Assembly (NCBI GenBank): GCA_951406725.2 | Contig: OX597822.1 | Coordinates: 83,080,001-83,144,000, forward strand | Direction of reading: 5' to 3' | Length of the DNA stretch: 64,000 bases | DNA from: Octopus vulgaris | Lineage: Eukaryota | Part shown: positions 55,363 through 64,000 of the stretch, in pieces | How positions within the stretch are numbered: position 1 is the first letter of the stretch | How the letters are laid out: the number at the start of each line of letters is the position of its first letter | Made by a program: the position numbers and the translations under genes | The notes under the pieces: generated by a model | Databases searched by the model: none | What the model saw: the letters and a program-made list of their open reading frames with translations, nothing else | What the model was told of the DNA's origin: nothing

Positions 55363-55870
55363 ATGATTAATATTCATAAAATGCAAAATATGTAGACCAG
55401 GTAGGCATAATTCGCCCCTGCCTTTCAATCTCAGTATTAAAGCTATGCATAGTACTGCTGTAGTATATGTGCTGCGCACATTCCTACAACAACGATCTCT
55501 TTATGTACTAAAACTCAGTCGCACGCCTGTGATTCGCTTAATTGCTATTTTTTCCGTGTTACATAAACGTCACCAACTGCATACCCTGAGTTATTACATA
55601 TATACATACCAGGCACATGCTGTCAGTAATAACTCAGGGTATGCAGTTGGTGACGTTTATGTAACACGGAAAAAATAGCAATTAAGCGAATCACAGGCGT
55701 GCGACTGAGTTTTAGTACATAAAGAAATCGTTGTTGTATGAATGTGCGCAGAACATATACTACAGCAGTACTATGCATAGCTTTAATACTGAGATTGAAA
55801 GGCAGGGGCGAATTATGCCTACCTGGTCTACAAAAAATAAGATATTTTGCATTTTATGAATATTAATCAT
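55363..55870. repeat. Near-perfect fold-back (~235-bp arms, ~28-bp spacer) abutting (TA)n
   Basis: 55363-55597 is the reverse complement of 55626-55870. Stuttered ATGATTAATATATAT units occur at the left junction. Confidence 0.9.
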
Positions 55871-56328
55871 AGCAACGTTCATCATTTAATTGAATTAGGT
55901 GCATATTTTGCCATAAAAGGAAAATGTAACTATCGATCTATTTTATTCAGAGTAGGCACTGCCTATCTTGCCTACCCAGGCGGCACGTCCCTAATACATA
56001 CATGCATACATACATGCATACATACATACATACATAAATACATACACAGAAACATACATACGTACGTACGTAATACATACAATATATATATACATACATA
56101 CATACAAACAGACACACATATGTATGTGTATATATATATATATATATATATTAGAAGGTTTGGAGATGATGTACAGGCATTATATATTCGAAGAAATGAG
56201 GTACTCAGAAATCGGGATGGTTTTATATTTACAGATATTTATTAGCATGTTACATGTTTTTATACATCATATATCATATGTCATATATAATAGCGCTTTC
56301 GTCCATTCTAGTTGAGTCTTCAAATTGA

Positions 56329-56441
<113 letters not shown>

Positions 56442-58121
56442 ACATGTACATACATATATATATATGTCATGTATGGTTCAAAAGTCATTTTTCTAAGATC
56501 TATTGCATCATTAGAAATATCTAAGTAAATGTTTTCCCAATTAGAAAGAAAATGTCATACAAATCATCACTCTTCTAAATCTTTCACTGTTCAACTTACA
56601 ATACATCACCCAGTGCAGCAAACGCTTCTTTTCACCAGCACGTCAAGATCGATGATTAATTAATATGAAATGATGTGGCTGTTTAGCTGAACCACGTCAT
56701 ACAGTGTACTGAAGTCAGAAATTGGTTGCACCTGCTGCCTGATTTGTTTTGGGACAAACCTCATCTACCGGCGCTCATAGAAACATATTTTGAAGTTAAA
56801 CCACTATGCACACATTCCAAAACAGGCAATGTGCAAACATACACATTATAACCATCGCTAATGCGCATTCATACAATAAATGTACACCCGCAGCATAAAA
56901 ACGACGTACAAATACATTCAACTTCTAAACAGACATTGCAACACAATGTCTGTTTTAACAGTTGAAATTGTCTACTCACGCATCCACACGGCCGCACAGA
57001 ATGCATATGCATACCTCCCACTAACACGGAATGAATACTTATTATGGTAGCATGAAATTGTAACATTATCACTAACTTCTTAGTTATGATTAGCACTAAC
57101 GAAACCGGTCGACTATGTAAATATTTTATTTCCTAAAGAAAGTAAGAATATTTTGCCAAACAGAAAATTTCTGTGCATTTTGCTTCTTTTTATATTTTTT
57201 ACTACAATCCACCACGTATAAAGTAATTTTATTATCGAATCTATGGCCAGATCTACTGATTTTCGCAAAGTTTTCTTTGCAGGAGTCTCTTTTATTATCA
57301 GTTTTCCCCCCTTTCTACTTCGCTAGGCTGTAAGCCTAGCTCTCTTACCCTCTCTTCTCCTTTCTGATATTGCATATGCTTTTCTACTTAACGGGCAAAA
57401 TCTCACAGATTCCATTTACTAAACACTTATCAGTAAATAAGAATAAAAAGTGTAATGAACGATACCTGGAAATGAGGAGACGTTTAATTAGAAACTAATC
57501 TCAATGGGCGATTTACAGGCAGATGAACATGTTAACTTATTTCCCATTGTAAAACGCAAGGATGTTCTCCGTTTAGAACTGACTGAAAGTGAGGTGGCTG
57601 CTGACGTCTGTTAGAAAAGAGCAATTTTCTGGTCGGTTTGGTTCTAAAATACCGTAGCAGTGAAATTAAGTACAGCAGTCGGAAAAATGGAAATAAGTTA
57701 ATGAAATGTGAAACTTAATGGAACTTCCCATTAGTAAATTTAATATCGTTGCTAAGAAGTGCTCAGGAGAAGACGGTGGTGTGACTGAGGCAGTAGTTTT
57801 CGGAGTCTATTGTTGTTTCTAGTATACGCCACTCACTTTTTTGACGCCTTTCGATCTCCCTGAGCAGAAACCTTTCAAGTGACTTTTACTTCTGCATGTG
57901 TGACAACTTGGCTTTCTCGCTTAAATCACCCTTATCATATCTTTCTGCACTTTCGAAAGAACGTCGTGCTCGTATGGTTCAGCGACCTTTGGAATTATAC
58001 GAATCCACCCAGCCCCCCGATATTGGTCACTGTAACAAACAACAAAGATAATACTTCGTTATTGTATACATACCTACACACTCAAACACGCGTACACACA
58101 CACATGTATGCGTGTTGTGCT

Positions 58122-58173
<52 letters not shown>

Positions 58174-58362
58174 CGTCACCGTCACCGACCAGGCTATCAG
58201 ATGTTGCTACACATCGCTGGTCACAATGCGTTTCGCACTGTTTTAGCCTTTAAATGACGCCACCCCGCTGGCTAAGCGAGCAGGCCAATATATATATTCC
58301 AAGTATATATATATCTATAGATAAATATGAGTATGTAGTATGCATATGTACGTATTTACATC

Positions 58363-58440
<78 letters not shown>

Positions 58441-58620
58441 CACACACACACACACACATATAGGTTATGAGAGGTAGTGGTGTCAGTAAGACCCAAAGAT
58501 GCCAGGTAATGCTGAGTAAGTGCTATGGACAGACCATAATTAAGCTCCAGGTTCGGTGATTATGCGAATAAGGAGTCCAATATAGGTCATATATCAGCGT
58601 GTGTATATATAAAAAAAGTT

Positions 58621-59374
58621 TTTTCAGAATGCGATAAAAAAACCAAGGCTGTGAAGATTTTAGAACATTTATAAATAGGTCTTACAGCTGTTTCCGGGAT
58701 ATTTATTATATTCCTTCATCGGAGACGGTGTGAGAAAATGGTTAAGCAATAGTTAATTTAGATAAGATAGGAAATAGAGAGTGGAGTGGAGGAATGAAAA
58801 TAGATGTGAGATATGCAGAGATATTGCATTTGTAGATCCATTATTTAGGCAGAATGGTATACATATAAGATTCCAATCCCTTATGAGTAAAATCCAATAG
58901 TATCTAAAATTGGTCATTACAAGTATAAAGTTTGTATACAGTGCTATTGAATCAAGGTTTTATTTAAAGTGACCTAAAGGTAGAGAATGTATTTGTAAGG
59001 TCAAATCGAAAACAGGTCTCTTTAAATAAAACCTTTGATTCAATAACACTGTGTATAAACTCTATACTTGGAATGACCAATTTTAAATACTATTGGATTT
59101 TACTCACAAGGTATTGGAGTCTTATATGTATTCCATTCTGCCTAAATAATGGATCTACAAATGCAACAGTTCTGCATATCTCACATCTATTTTCGTTCCT
59201 CCACCTTACTCTCTACTTCGTATCTTATATCAATTAACTATTGCTTAACCATTTTCTCACACCGACTCTGATGAAGGGATATATAATAAATATCCTGGAA
59301 ACAGCTGTAAGACCTTCTATCTATAAATGTTCTAAAGTCTTCACAGCCTTGGTTTTTTTATCTCATTCTGAAAA
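58621..59374. mobile_element. Palindromic PLE-like element (~355-bp arms) with an outward-facing hammerhead in each arm
   Basis: 58621-58975 versus 59014-59374 are diverged reverse complements. HHRs at 58679-58726 (-) and 59264-59313 (+). Confidence 0.85.
59264..59313 (+). ncRNA. Type I hammerhead ribozyme (partner copy at 58679-58726, minus strand)
   Basis: GACT-CTGATGA-AGGGATAT-ATAATAA-ATATCCTG-GAAAC-AGCT-GTA-AGAC. The partner has a perfect GTCT/AGAC stem I but a CCGATGA core. Confidence 0.75.
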
Positions 59375-59444
59375 TAAATTTATATATATATATATATATA
59401 TATAAATATAATAAATACACACACACACACATATATATATACAC

Positions 59445-61262
<1,818 letters not shown>

Positions 61263-61263
61263 G

Positions 61264-61306
<43 letters not shown>

Positions 61307-62370
61307 TTATATACCCATATGTGTGTGTGTGTGAATGTGTTTGCGTGCTTGTGTATATGCGTATACATATATGTGCTGAATGTGCGTGTTTGCATATGTG
61401 TGGATATTTTTGAGACAATTTTGACGAGTTGACAAAAGTGAAACAGGAAAATAAAACGGAAAAGTTTAACGAGCATTTCAAGAGAACGGATGCAATCAAC
61501 AATTGCGAGATTCTCTAAATATTATCAACTGGAATGTGAGGCCCATCACGAATATAGGGAAAATATAGAAAGACTTCCTGGTCAGGAAGATTGACTGTTT
61601 AATGAACCAAACGGTTAAGTCTTTATATAACATTATAGGATCAGAAACATGGTAGAGCAAAAGAAACGTTTTGCCTACATAATTATTGGTTTATTTACTG
61701 ACCTGGAAGAATGTGGTTAATAGCAGGAATAAGTACGATGTCTATCTATAATTACAGTTTACGTTATCACAGATTGGTATAAAATAAGAGAGATTAAAGC
61801 CAGAAGAAGTACCATTAAAACAGAATGTCAGAAAGATAAAAATGGCATATTTCAAAGGGAATGGTAAAATGAGAGAAAAAATATTCAAAAACATTTAAAA
61901 CTGAAAAATATAGATTAGAAATATACTGCGAATTCGACAATAGGCAGAAAGAAGGAAAATAGAACACTTTCAGAAAATACTTCTATAAGAAAGCTATTAA
62001 ACATAGACATATCGGTGCGTGTTTATTCAATATCTAAATTTGTGTGTTTCTGTTCATATATATATGAATATTTATGCATGCATATTGAATATGTGTGCAT
62101 TTATATGAATATACATACATATATATTTAATGTGTATACATATAAGCAAATTTAACTGCATATATACACACACATTCAATTTGTATGAGAAGCACTATAA
62201 ATATTAGGTGAATTTAGTATTTAGTACAATATTTTTGTCGTCGTTGTCGTCGTCGTTGTTGTTGTTGTTGTTGCTGTTAGCAGAAGCATGTTTAGTTAGA
62301 GACCGATTCCTACTTTATTGAAAATATTTGAAGACTAGTAAATAAAAGTAAATTTACATATGCACGCACA

Positions 62371-62420
<50 letters not shown>

Positions 62421-62827
62421 TATATAAATATGTATATATGTGTTTGTGTGTGTGTGTGTGTATGTATACACACACACACACAACAACAACAACAACATAA
62501 AGATAGTACGCTTATGTACACGCATATTTCTTCCCAAAGCAATTTCATTGAAGTCATTACTTTATAAACGCCAATAAAAAATTTTTTCGTCTTTTAACAA
62601 TGAAAAAAAAAAACGGAATATCGATTTCTGTTCTTTTGAGTAAATATGAAGAAAATGAAGAAGATGCATAAATGTAAGTTTCTATGAGATTGGAATTGGT
62701 AAGTCAATATGGATAAATTGTAAGAATTCGAAAAAAATTATAACGATGTTGAATTCTTGATTGAATCTGATTATATTCCTCGCTCATTTATTTAGATAAA
62801 AATAAATTTGCGATTTGCATGGAATAT

Positions 62828-62886
<59 letters not shown>

Positions 62887-63726
62887 TTGTTGTTGTTATA
62901 TTTTGTAAGAGTACGACATAAAATTGAGTGTGAGCTAGAAGTCAAGCGAGTTTATTTGATCTCCAGTTTTAACTAGTTCACTTTATTTCATTTCACTAAG
63001 GTCGCTAATGCCCCTGAAAAAAATGGGAAACAGCACGTTTCCCTTTAACTACAATAAATGCATATTTCTAAAGTATCAGCAATTTAACTCTTATTTGTCG
63101 CAACAGTCTAAGTAATTGCATGAATTTGCAGAGCCTCATGTAGAAAACAAGGGGTTAGTAACCCTCTTGAGAGATGAACTCAGAATAAGTCAATTAGGAA
63201 AACCATACACTATGTCTCCACCTGTTTCCGGCTCCCCTACGAGTTTAAGTGCCACAGCGTCGAGTTTGCCTTTCATTCTTTAGGGGTCGATAACGAAAGG
63301 TTTGCATTATCATTCTCGGTAAAATAAGCATCAGTTCAGTACAGAGCTGAACTATGTTTAAACAACAGCATTGTTTATTTCTAATTGAGATAGAAGGCCA
63401 TCAGTTTTGAAAGGAAGGGGTGAGTTGATACCATCATTCCCAGACTTTTACAGGTACCGTATTTTATCAACCCCAAGGGATATGAAACAAAGCTGAACTC
63501 TGCGGGATTTGAACACTGAACGTTCAAACACCCCCATAACAAACAACAATTATTGAGTCAGAAAAAACTACTTCAATCCAGATAAGTACAACGTATTTGC
63601 TGAGAATTTTTAATCTTACCTATCCGCTAACCTCCTATTTACGATAGCAGCTCTATGCGAATAAAATAGTTTCGTTTGAATCAGTGGCATTGAACGTTGT
63701 TCGTCATTCAAATTCAGCACTACTTA

Positions 63727-63943
63727 AGGCGGCGAGGTAGCAGAATCGTTAGCACGCCGGACGAAACGCTTAGCGATACCTCGTCTTCCGCTACCTTCTG
63801 AGTTCAAATTCCACCGAGATCGACTTTTTCTTTTTCCTCCTTTCGGGAGCGATAAATTAAGTACCAGTTGCATACTGCGGTCGATCTACTCGACTGGTTC
63901 CCTCCCCTAAAATTTCGGGCCTTGTGCCTAGAGTAGAAAAGAA
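63727..63943 (+). mobile_element. SINE family A with the alternative tail
   Basis: GGCGGCGAGGTAGCAGAATCGTTAGCACGCCGG head and GGGCCTTGTGCCTAGAGTAGAAAAG tail. Confidence 0.75.
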
Positions 63944-64000
63944 TTTCAGCACTACTTGCTCCTTCGAAGGCTGAAGCTAAATATTATCCACTACTTAGTA

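Overview
AT-rich, microsatellite-saturated eukaryotic (metazoan) DNA with no recognisable host exon. The SINE types, 5S rRNA sequence and SSR density suggest a cephalopod such as Octopus (inference). Most ORF-track entries are microsatellite artefacts. The real coding relics are all mobile: a Neptune-type Penelope GIY-YIG end, three Dong/R4-type REL retrotransposons in (TAA)n, Hero, CR1 and L1/Tx1 fragments, and DD37E, DD37D and mariner transposons. Many tRNA-derived SINEs and a SINE-interrupted 5S copy are also present. The main unexplained signal is a dense set of hammerhead ribozymes (HHRs) read by eye: six type I motifs with intact cores and about ten decayed ones. They lie in short, mostly unrelated non-coding modules inserted into (TA)n tracts, often as tail-out palindromes. 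One module is a 563-nt terminally redundant, circularly permuted, retrozyme-like unit. A further HHR with rearranged (non-circularly permuted) strand order lies in the 3' UTR of a Hero retrotransposon. All folds and alignments were done by eye, and no cleavage activity is demonstrated.
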